DNA from: an uncultured Elusimicrobia bacterium
GTDB taxonomy: Bacteria; Elusimicrobiota; Elusimicrobia; UBA1565; UBA9628
NCBI GenBank assembly: GCA_964537395.1
Contig: CAZIBN010000001.1
Coordinates: forward strand, 986-64,985
DNA: 64,000 bases
Direction: 5' to 3'
The notes below the pieces were generated by a model, which was not told the DNA's origin, searched no databases, and was given only the letters and a program-made list of their open reading frames with translations. The first letter of the stretch is position 1. Each line of letters begins with the position of its first letter. Both the position numbers and the translations under genes were made by a program. This document shows, piece after piece, positions 1 to 9,871 of this stretch.

Positions 1-489
1 GGGCACGTTGATCTCGAGGCCGGTGTCGAGGGTGCAGGGCTTGACCATGTTGGAGACGGAGTCGCCCTTCACGCCGGGGACCGTCGAGGTCACGGTGAGG
101 ACCACGTTGGCGGGAAGCTCGATGCCGGTCAGCTTGTCGTCGACGTAGACGGCCAGGACCATCATGTTCTCGTTGAGGAACTTGACCTGGTCGCCGAGGA
201 GCTCCTTCGGGTAGGAGAATTGCTCGTAGGTCTCGTTGTCCATGAACACGGCCTTGTCGCCCTCGTCGTAGCTGTAGGTCTTCTCGCGCTTGGTGACGGG
301 GACGTCGCGGAACTTCGTGCCGGAGGCGTAGGAGCGCTCGAGGACGGCGTTGTTGGCGAGGTTGCGCAAAGTGGTGCGGTACACGGCCGCGGACTGGGAT
401 TTACGATGGTGCTGGAAGGAGATGATCTGGAGGATCTGGCCTTCGTCTTCGAAAACAAGGCCGTTGCGGAATTGCGATGTGTCGATCAT
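1..489 (-). CDS. efp: Elongation factor P (3' end cut by window edge)
   Basis: Own translation of minus strand from ATG 489..487: MIDTSQFRNGLVFEDEGQILQIISFQHHRKSQSAAVYRTTLRNL...KPCTLDTGLEINVP, EF-P-like throughout. AGGAGG lies 6 nt upstream. The frame is open at position 1, so it is absent from the ORF track. Confidence 0.9.
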   Translation of the reverse strand, partial: MIDTSQFRNGLVFEDEGQILQIISFQHHRKSQSAAVYRTTLRNLANNAVLERSYASGTKFRDVPVTKREKTYSYDEGDKAVFMDNETYEQFSYPKELLGDQVKFLNENMMVLAVYVDDKLTGIELPANVVLTVTSTVPGVKGDSVSNMVKPCTLDTGLEINVP

Positions 490-580
490 GGTGCTCCTCC
501 TGCTGAGAACGGACGCGGCGAACCGCCAATCATCCTACTAAAAAGCGCGGAAACCGTGCTACAATGAACTTACTTACCTT

Positions 581-1324
581 ATGAGCGCCCACGAACGCCT
601 CGCTGAGCTCAAAGACCTCCTTGACGCCAAAACGCGTCTTATGCAGGACGTGGCGCATGAGCTCAAAAACCCGCTTTCGGTCATCCACGGCTACGCGTCC
701 TATCTGACGAAGGAGAAGGTGAGCCCCGAGGAGATGCAGAAGGCCCTGAAGGCCGTGCTCTCCAACGCGGAGCGCCTGATCGGCCTCGTCGACCATCTTC
801 AGGAAGCCGTGCGCCTCGAGTCCGACGGCTTCACCGTAGACACCCACCCGATCGAGGGTGCGACCTTGCTCCAGGAAGCCGTCGAATCGGCGGAGCTCGA
901 GGCCGCGCGCCGCGGCGTCCGCCTGCACTGGCGCAGCCCCGTCGGCGACTCTTTGCTCGTGAACGCCGATCCCAAGCGCGTGCTCCAGGTGCTCGGGAAC
1001 CTGCTGAGCAACGCGCTCAAGTTCACCCCCGAGCACGGCACCATCGACTGCACCGCCCAGCGCGACGGCGAGTTCGTGCGCTTCAGCGTCATCGACACGG
1101 GCCCGGGCATCGCCGCCGAGGATCTCCCGATGCTCTTCGACCGCTTCTACCAGACCAACGACAACGCGCACAAGCGCAAAGGCCTCGGGCTCGGACTGGC
1201 CATCTGCAAAGGCCTCATCGCGGCGCACGGCGGCCGCATCTGGGTGGAGAGCCTGCCCGGCGTGGGCTCGGCGTTCAACTTCACCCTTCCCGCCGTCTTG
1301 ACTTCGACGACCTCCCCGCGGTAG
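581..1324 (+). CDS. Soluble sensor histidine kinase (HisKA + HATPase_c)
   Basis: H-box HELKNPLSVIHGY, N-box LLSNALKFT, G-boxes IDTGPGI and GLGLGLAICKG. No TM segment. TGcTACAAT extended -10 at 557..565. Confidence 0.85.
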   Translation: MSAHERLAELKDLLDAKTRLMQDVAHELKNPLSVIHGYASYLTKEKVSPEEMQKALKAVLSNAERLIGLVDHLQEAVRLESDGFTVDTHPIEGATLLQEAVESAELEAARRGVRLHWRSPVGDSLLVNADPKRVLQVLGNLLSNALKFTPEHGTIDCTAQRDGEFVRFSVIDTGPGIAAEDLPMLFDRFYQTNDNAHKRKGLGLGLAICKGLIAAHGGRIWVESLPGVGSAFNFTLPAVLTSTTSPR

Positions 1325-1368
1325 AATCAGACCACTGGGCCCAAGGGCCTAGTAAGGAGGAAGGTCCA

Positions 1369-2040
1369 ATGGTCCGATTCCTGTCCGCCGCGCTGCTGCT
1401 TGCCGCCGTGTCCGCGTCCGCGTCACCCGCGATCCCTTCGTTCGAGTTCTCCGTCGCCAACATCCAGGCTTCCATCGCCGCGATGCGCGCCGAGCAGGTC
1501 CAGGCGAAGGCCGGAAACATCGGAGCACAGATCGGGAATCTGGCCTGGGACCTGGAACGCTACGAGCGCGACACCACGCGCATGCGCAACGACCTGCGCT
1601 GGCTGCAGCAGCGACTGCGCCGCCACGGCTTCGGCCAGCCCGGACTTCCCCTTCCCGGGCGCCCCGGACAGCCCGGCCGCCCCGGACAGCCCGATTCGGA
1701 CCCGTCTTTACGCTGGGACATCCAGCGCTTCACGCGCGACCTCGAGCAGGTGGCGCGCGACACGCAGTGGCGCCTTCAGGACCTGCGCATGCTGGTCGCA
1801 CAGGCCGAGAAGGACGAGACTCTCGTCGCGCCGGCCACGCGCCTGCTCGACGCGGCGCGCCGCTTCAAGAGCGAGACGAACTGGCTCGCCTCCGACGCGC
1901 GCTTCGCCGAGTTCGACTTCCGGCGCGCGGGGTACAACTTCGAGGCCATGGACCTGGGCCGGAACTCGAGGGACATCGACTCTCGCTCCCAGGACCTGCA
2001 GTATGAGGCCGACCGGCTTCTCGCTAAAGTCCGTCCCTAA
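1369..2040 (+). CDS. Secreted hypothetical protein with collagen-like GRPGQP patch
   Basis: AAGGAGG SD upstream. Signal peptide MVRFLSAALLLAAVSASA. No domain recognised by eye. Confidence 0.7.
   Translation: MVRFLSAALLLAAVSASASPAIPSFEFSVANIQASIAAMRAEQVQAKAGNIGAQIGNLAWDLERYERDTTRMRNDLRWLQQRLRRHGFGQPGLPLPGRPGQPGRPGQPDSDPSLRWDIQRFTRDLEQVARDTQWRLQDLRMLVAQAEKDETLVAPATRLLDAARRFKSETNWLASDARFAEFDFRRAGYNFEAMDLGRNSRDIDSRSQDLQYEADRLLAKVRP
1661..1696 (+). repeat. 18-nt tandem duplication inside CDS (encodes GRPGQP x2)
   Basis: gccccggacagcccggcc / gccccggacagcccgatt; the first 15 nt are identical. Confidence 0.8.
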
Positions 2041-3557
2041 CGGGGCAAACGTCGCGCAAGCGACGGATCTGAACGCACGGCCTCGCGCATATGCGCGAGG
2101 CCGTCGTGTTTACGGCCTTCGCGAATAAGCAGAATACCGAGGTTGAACCGGGCCGCGGCAAATGCCGGATCGTTCGCCCGAAGGGCGACGACTTCTTCGA
2201 AAAGATTTATCGCGGCGGCGTATTCGCCTTTCGCGGCGCGGATCGAGGCCAGGTTCACGCGCGCCTCCGCGTCGCGAGGCTCCAGGCGTATCGCGGCCTC
2301 AAGGTAAGGTATCGCGGCTTCGCCGCGATCCGCCATAAGCAAGGCCACCGAAAGATTCGAGTTTGGAAGGTATGCGGTCGGCATAATGCTGACCGCGCGA
2401 GTCCACAATGATACGTCGTCGCGCCAATATTGGGCTTGCGCAATGGTCGATGTCGCGAGAAAAATGGCCGTCGAAGCGAGAACGGCGACCGCCGTTCGCG
2501 GTCGCCGAACCTCGAGCTGCCCCAAGGCGAGGCCGAACACCACGGCGAAGGGCATGCACGCGAGATAGGAATAGCGGTCCGCCGCCGCCTGGCGTCCGTT
2601 CTGAAGCAGCCCCGACACCGGCGCCAGCGCGATCAGGTAGGCAAACCAAACCGGCACCGCCCATGCGCGGACACGCCGGTGAAAACACAACCCCGTCACG
2701 AGCAGCGCCAATAATGCTCCCGGGTACGATCCCTGTCGTATGCCGTCGCCGTTCAAAGGCAACGCGTAATACGGAGAAAGATTCACCGGCAAGAATGTCT
2801 TGCTCAGATAAAACCAGCTTCCCGACAAAGAGACAAGAACCCGATCAACGGCGCCGAGGTTCAGGCTATGCAGATCCCCCCCGGACAAGCTCCCCAGGTT
2901 TTTGCCCGCCGCGAAAAGGCCGATGACGGCGTGCGGAAGCAAACTGATGACGGCTTTCCGGGCAGGCTGGCGTCGAATGAAGACCTCGACGGCAAAGATG
3001 AACGGCACAACGGCAATGGAGGTTCCCTTTGAGAGCACGGCGCCCACGAAGGCAAGCGCGGATAGACGGCGCCTGTCCTCGACCCAGGCCAACAAAGAGA
3101 GAACGGCAAAGAATCCCGACAGAACATCCCGCCTCTCCGTGATCCAAAGCACCGACTCCACCCTCAACGGATGCAGCGCGAAGAATAATGCGGCGCCTAC
3201 GGCGCCGTACGGAAAGTGTTTCTCGCGCGGGAGCAATCGACGGCACGCTAAGAAGAAAAGGCCGGCGGTGACGGCGTGCAACGCGATATTTGTTCGCCGG
3301 AACGCTTCCGGATCGAGGCCCCACAACTTAAAATCAATAGCCCAAGATAACCATGATAATGGCTGCCACGGACCGTAATGGCGCGAGCGCCACATCCACA
3401 ACAATTTATCCCACGCAAATCCCCGCCACGAGGGATCGTCCAGAAGCGTTTTCGTGTCATCCCATTGGAGGAATCGCGCCTGCGGCGCGAAAGCGTAAAA
3501 CACGATGAAGACGCCGGCGGCGACAGCCGCCGCCATCCGCCTGCTTCCTAGGGACAT
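2037..3557 (-). CDS. Polytopic membrane protein with C-terminal TPR repeats (PMT/ArnT-like glycosyltransferase architecture)
   Basis: Many hydrophobic helices, then TPR-like repeats (AIPYLEAAIRLEPRDAEARVNLASIRAAKGEYAAAINLFEE). Alternative start M8 at 3536. Confidence 0.7.
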   Translation of the reverse strand: MSLGSRRMAAAVAAGVFIVFYAFAPQARFLQWDDTKTLLDDPSWRGFAWDKLLWMWRSRHYGPWQPLSWLSWAIDFKLWGLDPEAFRRTNIALHAVTAGLFFLACRRLLPREKHFPYGAVGAALFFALHPLRVESVLWITERRDVLSGFFAVLSLLAWVEDRRRLSALAFVGAVLSKGTSIAVVPFIFAVEVFIRRQPARKAVISLLPHAVIGLFAAGKNLGSLSGGDLHSLNLGAVDRVLVSLSGSWFYLSKTFLPVNLSPYYALPLNGDGIRQGSYPGALLALLVTGLCFHRRVRAWAVPVWFAYLIALAPVSGLLQNGRQAAADRYSYLACMPFAVVFGLALGQLEVRRPRTAVAVLASTAIFLATSTIAQAQYWRDDVSLWTRAVSIMPTAYLPNSNLSVALLMADRGEAAIPYLEAAIRLEPRDAEARVNLASIRAAKGEYAAAINLFEEVVALRANDPAFAAARFNLGILLIREGRKHDGLAHMREAVRSDPSLARRLPR

Positions 3558-4330
3558 AGAGCACGCGCAAGCGCCCGCCAGGCGTCAAAAGGTATCTCTT
3601 CCGGCCGGACGCTCACATCAAGCCCCGCGGCCTTGAACGCCGCGTCCACTTCCCCGCGCGGCTTTCCGACAGCTTTCGATAATACCCCCGACGCCATCTT
3701 GCGCCGCTGTGCGAACGCGATCTTGGCCAGGCGCCAAAACCCCTTCTCCTCGTTCGCGGCCAGTCGCGAGGGCTCGTGGCGCGTGAGCACGACCACCGCC
3801 GAGTCCACCTTCGGGACCGGCATGAACGCCGTGCGCGGGACCTCGAACGCCATCTCCGCGTCGGCGCGCGCGATGACCGAGAGCGCCAGCAGGCCGTAGT
3901 CGGCGCCGCCGAGCTTGGCGACGATGCGCTCGCCGACCTCGAGCTGGAACATGAGGACCGCGCGGTCCCACTGATCCCAGGTCAGGAGCTTCTGCAGGAT
4001 CGGCGTGCCGACCGCGTAAGGCAGGTTGCCGACGACGATCCACGGCCCCGGGCCGAGCTCGCGCAGGTCGAAGCGTAGGAAATCGTCGTTGATCGTTTTG
4101 AGGTTCTTCGCGGCTTCGGGTCCGACCATGCCCGGAAGCTTGCCCGCGATGATCTCGTCGAGCTCGATGGCGGTGACCGAGGCGCCGGTCGCGAGCAGGC
4201 GGCCGGTCAAGGCGCCGCGCCCGGGGCCGATCTCGAGTATCTTATCGCCGGGCCCCGCGTTCGCCAGGCCCGCGACGCCGTCCCGGGCGCCCTCGTCGCG
4301 CAAGAAGTGCTGGCTTAGCCTTGCTCCCAT
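3548..4330 (-). CDS. rsmA: 16S rRNA dimethyladenosine transferase
   Basis: LSQHFL, SAM motif EIGPGRGALT, GNLPY. Start taken at M23 (ATG 4330), 1 nt after the murC stop. The ORF-track start 4396 remains possible. Confidence 0.85.
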   Translation of the reverse strand: MGARLSQHFLRDEGARDGVAGLANAGPGDKILEIGPGRGALTGRLLATGASVTAIELDEIIAGKLPGMVGPEAAKNLKTINDDFLRFDLRELGPGPWIVVGNLPYAVGTPILQKLLTWDQWDRAVLMFQLEVGERIVAKLGGADYGLLALSVIARADAEMAFEVPRTAFMPVPKVDSAVVVLTRHEPSRLAANEEKGFWRLAKIAFAQRRKMASGVLSKAVGKPRGEVDAAFKAAGLDVSVRPEEIPFDAWRALARALCP

Positions 4331-4331
4331 C

Positions 4332-5732
4332 TTAAACCCCCGCCGCGCTGCCGCCGCGCCTTCGGCGCAGCAGGTCTTCGCCGATCTTCCAGACATCGCC
4401 GGCGCCCAAGGTCAGCACGACGTCCCCTGGCCGCAGATCGCGCGCGGCGTCGAGCGCGCCCGGGAACGCCAGGGCCTTCACGCCGGTCTTGAGGATGCCG
4501 TCCACGATGACCTTGGAGGTCACACCGGGAAGGGGCTTCTCTCCCGCCGCGTATATATCCGTCACGTAAACGAGGTCCGCGCCCTTGAAGGCGGCGCCGA
4601 ATTCCTTGGACAGGAGCTTCGTGCGGCTGAAGCGGTGAGGCTGGAAGATGACGACGACGCGCTTGGCCTTCCACAGGCCCGCGACGGCGGACAACGTGGC
4701 ACGGACCTCGGTGGGATGGTGGCCGTAGTCGTCAACGAACTCGACGCCTCCCGCCTCTCCGAGGCGGTCCATGCGCCGCCCGACGCCGCTGAAATCGGCG
4801 AGGCCGTGCGCGAGGCGCTTCAGATCGAAGCCGAGGAAATGCCCGGCGGCGAGCGCCGCCAGCGCGTTCGAGACGTTGTGGCGGCCCGCGACGCGCAACC
4901 GAAGGGTCAGAACCTTCTTGCCGTTATGAAGGACGTCGCAGACCGAGCCGTCCTTGCCCAAGCGCATGTTCTTCGCGCGCCAGTCCGCCCCGGCGCCGAA
5001 GCCGAAGGTCACGACATGCCGGGTCACTTTTGAACGGATAGAGGTGAGCACGGGGTCGTCGTAGCAAAGCACCGCCGCCCCGTAGAAGGGCAGGCGGAGC
5101 AGATGCGCGACGAACGCGTCCTTGAGCGCGTCCATGGTCTTGTAGTGGTCCATGTGGTCGTTGTCGATGTTCGTGACGACGGCGACGAGCGGCGTCAGGA
5201 ACAGGAACGAGCCGTCGGACTCGTCGGCCTCGGCGACCAGATACTCACCGATGCCGAGCTTCGCGTTGGAGCCGATGTTCTTGAGCTGGCCGCCGATGAT
5301 CATCGTCGGGCCGGCGCCGGCTTCCTTGAGTGCCATCGATATAAGAGAAGTCGTCGTGGTCTTGCCGTGCGAGCCCGCGATGGTGACCGTCTTCTTCATG
5401 CGGCCGAGCTCGGCCAGCATCTGGGCCCTTAACACCACGGGGATGCCGTGCTTGCGCGCGTAGGCGGTCTCGGGATTGCTCTCGGCGATGGCCGACGACA
5501 CGACGACGACCTGCGCGCCCGCGGCGTGGGACGCCGCGTGGCCCTCATAGATGCGCACGCCGGCGCCTTGCAGGCGCCGCGTGGTCTCGGTCGACTTCGA
5601 GTCGGAGCCGGAGACCTTGTAGCCGAGGTTGTTGAGCACCTCGGCGATGCCGCTCATGCCCACCCCGCCGATCCCGACGAAATGGATGCTGCGCACGAAC
5701 GACTTCATCAGATCTTTTCGGGCGGCCTTCAT
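4332..5732 (-). CDS. murC: UDP-N-acetylmuramate--L-alanine ligase
   Basis: IHFVGIGGVGMSGIAEVL, P-loop GSHGKTTTTS. ATGA overlap with the upstream gene at 5729..5732. Confidence 0.9.
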   Translation of the reverse strand: MKAARKDLMKSFVRSIHFVGIGGVGMSGIAEVLNNLGYKVSGSDSKSTETTRRLQGAGVRIYEGHAASHAAGAQVVVVSSAIAESNPETAYARKHGIPVVLRAQMLAELGRMKKTVTIAGSHGKTTTTSLISMALKEAGAGPTMIIGGQLKNIGSNAKLGIGEYLVAEADESDGSFLFLTPLVAVVTNIDNDHMDHYKTMDALKDAFVAHLLRLPFYGAAVLCYDDPVLTSIRSKVTRHVVTFGFGAGADWRAKNMRLGKDGSVCDVLHNGKKVLTLRLRVAGRHNVSNALAALAAGHFLGFDLKRLAHGLADFSGVGRRMDRLGEAGGVEFVDDYGHHPTEVRATLSAVAGLWKAKRVVVIFQPHRFSRTKLLSKEFGAAFKGADLVYVTDIYAAGEKPLPGVTSKVIVDGILKTGVKALAFPGALDAARDLRPGDVVLTLGAGDVWKIGEDLLRRRRGGSAAGV

Positions 5733-8038
5733 TTTTTCCCTCCGGCGCTATTGAGTGTTGCGGCCGCAGGCCGCAACAGCCACTTGAGGCCGTCGGCGGC
5801 GGCCTTGTTCTTCGGCGCGATCTCGAGCGCGCGGCGCAGGGCCGCGACGGCGCCGGTTTCGTCTCCGATCATGACGGATGAGACGCCGCGCCCGAGCCAC
5901 GCCGGGACCGACGCGGAGTCGAGCTCGGTCGCGCGCCGGAACGCGCTGTCGGCGCGCTGGCCGTCTCCGACGGCGGCGTGGGCGAGGCCGGTCGCCGTCC
6001 ACCAGTCGGCCTCGTCGGGATGGTCCGGCTTCTCGCCGGGCTCAGGCAGGACCTCGGCCACGAGCGCCATCCACCCGGTGCCGATCACCCAGAGCCCCAT
6101 GTCATTGCCGACCTGGCGCGGCTGATAGCTGACCTTCGCCGGATTCTCAGCCTCGCCGCGGCCGGCCGCCACAGGGCGCGTGAAGGTGAGGTTCATGCCA
6201 AGGCGCGCGTCGGTGTCGGCAGGAGCCTCGCGCATGGTCTTACGAAGATCTTCCATGATCTTCTTGACCTGCTCGTCGCGCGGCCCGGCGTCCCCGGGCT
6301 TGAGCGAATAATCGCGGCGTATGGCCTGAGGCGAGGCGGCGGCATCCGCAGGCCCGTCATGAGCGCGGGCCAGGGCCTTCTTGAGGCTGCCGCCCTCGCC
6401 GGGCTGATTGCGCACGAGCTTCGGCCGCGGCAGGAACACCGCATCCACCTTCATCATGGCGCCCTGGTCGAGCGGCACGCGGCGCAGGTTGCGCTCGAAC
6501 ACGCCCAGCGGGTCGGTCTCCGCGGACGGCTCCGGCTCCTTCGCCTTCGGGTCCTCGGGCAGCTCGCCGGGCTTGGCCGCGCGCTTGCCGCCCGCGTAGG
6601 AGACCGACAGCTGTAGCCCCGGGCCGCCGCTCTCCGGCGTCAGATGGAACGCGTCGACCATGGTCGCGCGGGCCTTGGCGCGGTCGCCCGCCTTCAGATG
6701 CAGGCGCGCCAGGCGCATGCGCGCCACGGAATCGCCGGGCTTGAGCGAGACCGCGCGCCTGAGCGTGGCGGTCGCAGCCTTGTCCTCCTTGAGCCTTTCC
6801 TCCGCGCAGCCGAGCTCGAGCATGGCGTCCTCGTAGCCGCTCTCGAGCTTGACCGCCTCGCGCAGCTGCTCGGCGGCGTCGGCGTCGCGCCCGAGCTTGC
6901 GGTATAGCTGGCCGAGCTGAAAACGGTACAGCGGATTCTTCTTGTCGAGGTCGACGGCCATACGGAACTGAGTCAGCGCGGCGGGCACATCGCCGCGCGC
7001 CTCGAGGATGGAGCCCAGGTTCATCTGCGCGTCCGCGCGGGTCGGCTCGAGCTCGGTCGCGCGCCGGAACGCCTTTTCAGACGCGGACGCGTCGCCCTTC
7101 CACGCGTGCGATATGCCGAGCAGGAGGTAGGCCTGCGCGCCGGCCGGATCGAGGCTGAGCGCCGTGTTATAAGAGCCGATGGACTCATCCACCTGGCCGT
7201 TCCAGTACTGCGCGACGCCGAGCAGCATGTGGCCGACGGGATTCTTCGGGTCGGCGGCGACGGCGCGGCGCATCTCCTGGAGCGCCAGGTCGTATTTCTT
7301 GTCCTCGATGTAGCGGTGGCCCTGGCGCATGCCGCGCACGGCCTGCGCCGCCATGATCTGATCCCAGATCGTCTGCTGGCCGGGCTCCGTTTTCTCCGCG
7401 AAAGCCGGAGCGGCGGCGATGACGAACAGCGCCGAGAGCAGGATGGCCCGCAGGCGCGGCAGGATGGAGCGCAGCGCGCGGCCGCGGTGGCTGATCCCGT
7501 TCTTCTCGTCGGGCTCCAGCTCGGCCAAGGTGCGGCCGTCCGTCAGGGCGAACAAGGGATCGTAGCCGAAGCCGCCGTCGCCGCGCGGCGTCTCCGCGAT
7601 CACACCCTCGAGACGGCCTTCGGTGAATTCGACGCGCCCCTCCGGATCCGCGAGCGCCATCACGGTCCGGAAATACGCGGCGCGCTTCATGCCCTTCTCG
7701 CCGGCGAGCTCCTTGAGGAGCTTCGCGCAGTTGTCGGCGAAGGTGCAGCCGGGCCCGGCCCAGCGCGCGGAGTGGACGCCCGGCGCGCCGCCCAAGGCGA
7801 CGACGAACAAGCCCGAGTCGTCGGCCAGCGCCCAGGTCCCGCAGGCGCGCGCGGCCTCGACGGCCTTCTTCTCGGCGTTGCCCTCGAGCGTGTCGCGGTC
7901 CTCGATCGTCTCGGGAAACGCCGGGAAGGCGTCAAGCGAGGCTATCGCGGCGCCGGAGGCGCCAAGAAGACGAGATATTTCAGCCGCTTTGTGAGCGTTG
8001 CGTGTGGCGAGCACGAGTCGGGCCGGGTGGCGGGACAA
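5729..8038 (-). CDS. RdgB/HAM1-type non-canonical NTP pyrophosphatase fused to a TM segment and a long TPR domain
   Basis: N-terminal about 200 aa: LVLATRNAHKAAE...FGYDPLF...ISHRGRAL. This is followed in frame by LRAILLSALFVIAAAPAFA and multiple TPR repeats. TTG start at 8038; alternative GTG at 8014. Confidence 0.75.
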   Translation of the reverse strand: MSRHPARLVLATRNAHKAAEISRLLGASGAAIASLDAFPAFPETIEDRDTLEGNAEKKAVEAARACGTWALADDSGLFVVALGGAPGVHSARWAGPGCTFADNCAKLLKELAGEKGMKRAAYFRTVMALADPEGRVEFTEGRLEGVIAETPRGDGGFGYDPLFALTDGRTLAELEPDEKNGISHRGRALRSILPRLRAILLSALFVIAAAPAFAEKTEPGQQTIWDQIMAAQAVRGMRQGHRYIEDKKYDLALQEMRRAVAADPKNPVGHMLLGVAQYWNGQVDESIGSYNTALSLDPAGAQAYLLLGISHAWKGDASASEKAFRRATELEPTRADAQMNLGSILEARGDVPAALTQFRMAVDLDKKNPLYRFQLGQLYRKLGRDADAAEQLREAVKLESGYEDAMLELGCAEERLKEDKAATATLRRAVSLKPGDSVARMRLARLHLKAGDRAKARATMVDAFHLTPESGGPGLQLSVSYAGGKRAAKPGELPEDPKAKEPEPSAETDPLGVFERNLRRVPLDQGAMMKVDAVFLPRPKLVRNQPGEGGSLKKALARAHDGPADAAASPQAIRRDYSLKPGDAGPRDEQVKKIMEDLRKTMREAPADTDARLGMNLTFTRPVAAGRGEAENPAKVSYQPRQVGNDMGLWVIGTGWMALVAEVLPEPGEKPDHPDEADWWTATGLAHAAVGDGQRADSAFRRATELDSASVPAWLGRGVSSVMIGDETGAVAALRRALEIAPKNKAAADGLKWLLRPAAATLNSAGGKK

Positions 8039-8064
8039 GGTAGAGGGTATGCTATCATTTTCCC

Positions 8065-8354
8065 GTGAGACCCCTCCTGCTGGCTCTTGCCGCCGCGCTG
8101 ACTTTAGGGTCTTCCGCCTGCCGGACCCTCGCGCAGGACGAGGACCTCTCCGACCACGCGACCAAGGCCCGCCTTGAAGCCGTGCTGCGCGGCCGCCGCG
8201 ACCTCGACCTCAAATACGTGACCGTGGACGTCAACGCGGGCGCCGCCACGATCTCGGGGCTGGTGCCCAACGGCGATCAGCTCCGCATCATCCGCCGCCT
8301 CGCCGCCAACGTTCGCGGCGTCGATCAGGTCCTGAACAACCTCATCATCCAGGA

Positions 8355-8358
<4 letters not shown>
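8065..8358 (+). CDS. BON-domain lipoprotein
   Basis: Lipobox LGSSAC. BON-like VTVDVNAGAATISGLVPNGDQLRIIRRLAANVRGVDQVLNNL. GTG start 6 nt after TATCAT. Confidence 0.7.
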
Positions 8359-9348
<990 letters not shown>

Positions 9349-9350
<2 letters not shown>

Positions 9351-9419
9351 CTGTTTCCGGAAACAGTCGATCTCGCACCTCAGCGCTGACGACAATCACT
9401 AGTTCCGGAACTAGTGATT
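9349..9419. promoter_or_regulatory. Two perfect palindromes sharing a TTCCGGAA centre (hairpin terminators or operator pair)
   Basis: gactgtttccggaaacagtc at 9349..9368 (20 bp, overlaps the mutY stop) and aatcactagttccggaactagtgatt at 9394..9419 (26 bp). Also tcagcgctga at 9380..9389. Confidence 0.5.
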
Positions 9420-9517
9420 ATCAACAGCGATTGCCTTTACCGAACTTTTGCCCCCGCTTCACCGAAATCTATCCATCCTGTAATGAGGTTCGGCGGCATG
9501 GGGTCTACACTGAGAAC

Positions 9518-9871
9518 ATGAGCTGGGTCCTGGTGATCGAAGACGAAGAGGATATCTCGGAGTTCCTCCGCTACATCCTCGAGAACGAGGATTACACGGT
9601 GAAGACCGCCGGAAGCCTCGCCGAGGCGCGCGCGCATCTCAAGGGCGGGCTGCCGGACGCGGTCCTGCTCGACCGGGGCCTGCCGGACGGCGACGGGCTC
9701 GAGATCTGCCGCGAGCTCAAGGGCGCCGGAAAGATGCCCGCGGTGCTCGTGCTGAGCGCGCGCAAGGACCCGGCGGAGGTCGCCGAGGGCCTCGCAGCCG
9801 GAGCCGACCACTACATCACGAAGCCTTTCCAGTTCCTAGACGTCATTTCCCGTCTGGAGCCGGCACAATAG
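9518..9871 (+). CDS. Single-domain response regulator (REC)
   Basis: MSWVLVIEDEEDISEFL...LLDRGLPDGDG...KPF. TACACT lies 6 nt before the ATG. Confidence 0.85.
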   Translation: MSWVLVIEDEEDISEFLRYILENEDYTVKTAGSLAEARAHLKGGLPDAVLLDRGLPDGDGLEICRELKGAGKMPAVLVLSARKDPAEVAEGLAAGADHYITKPFQFLDVISRLEPAQ

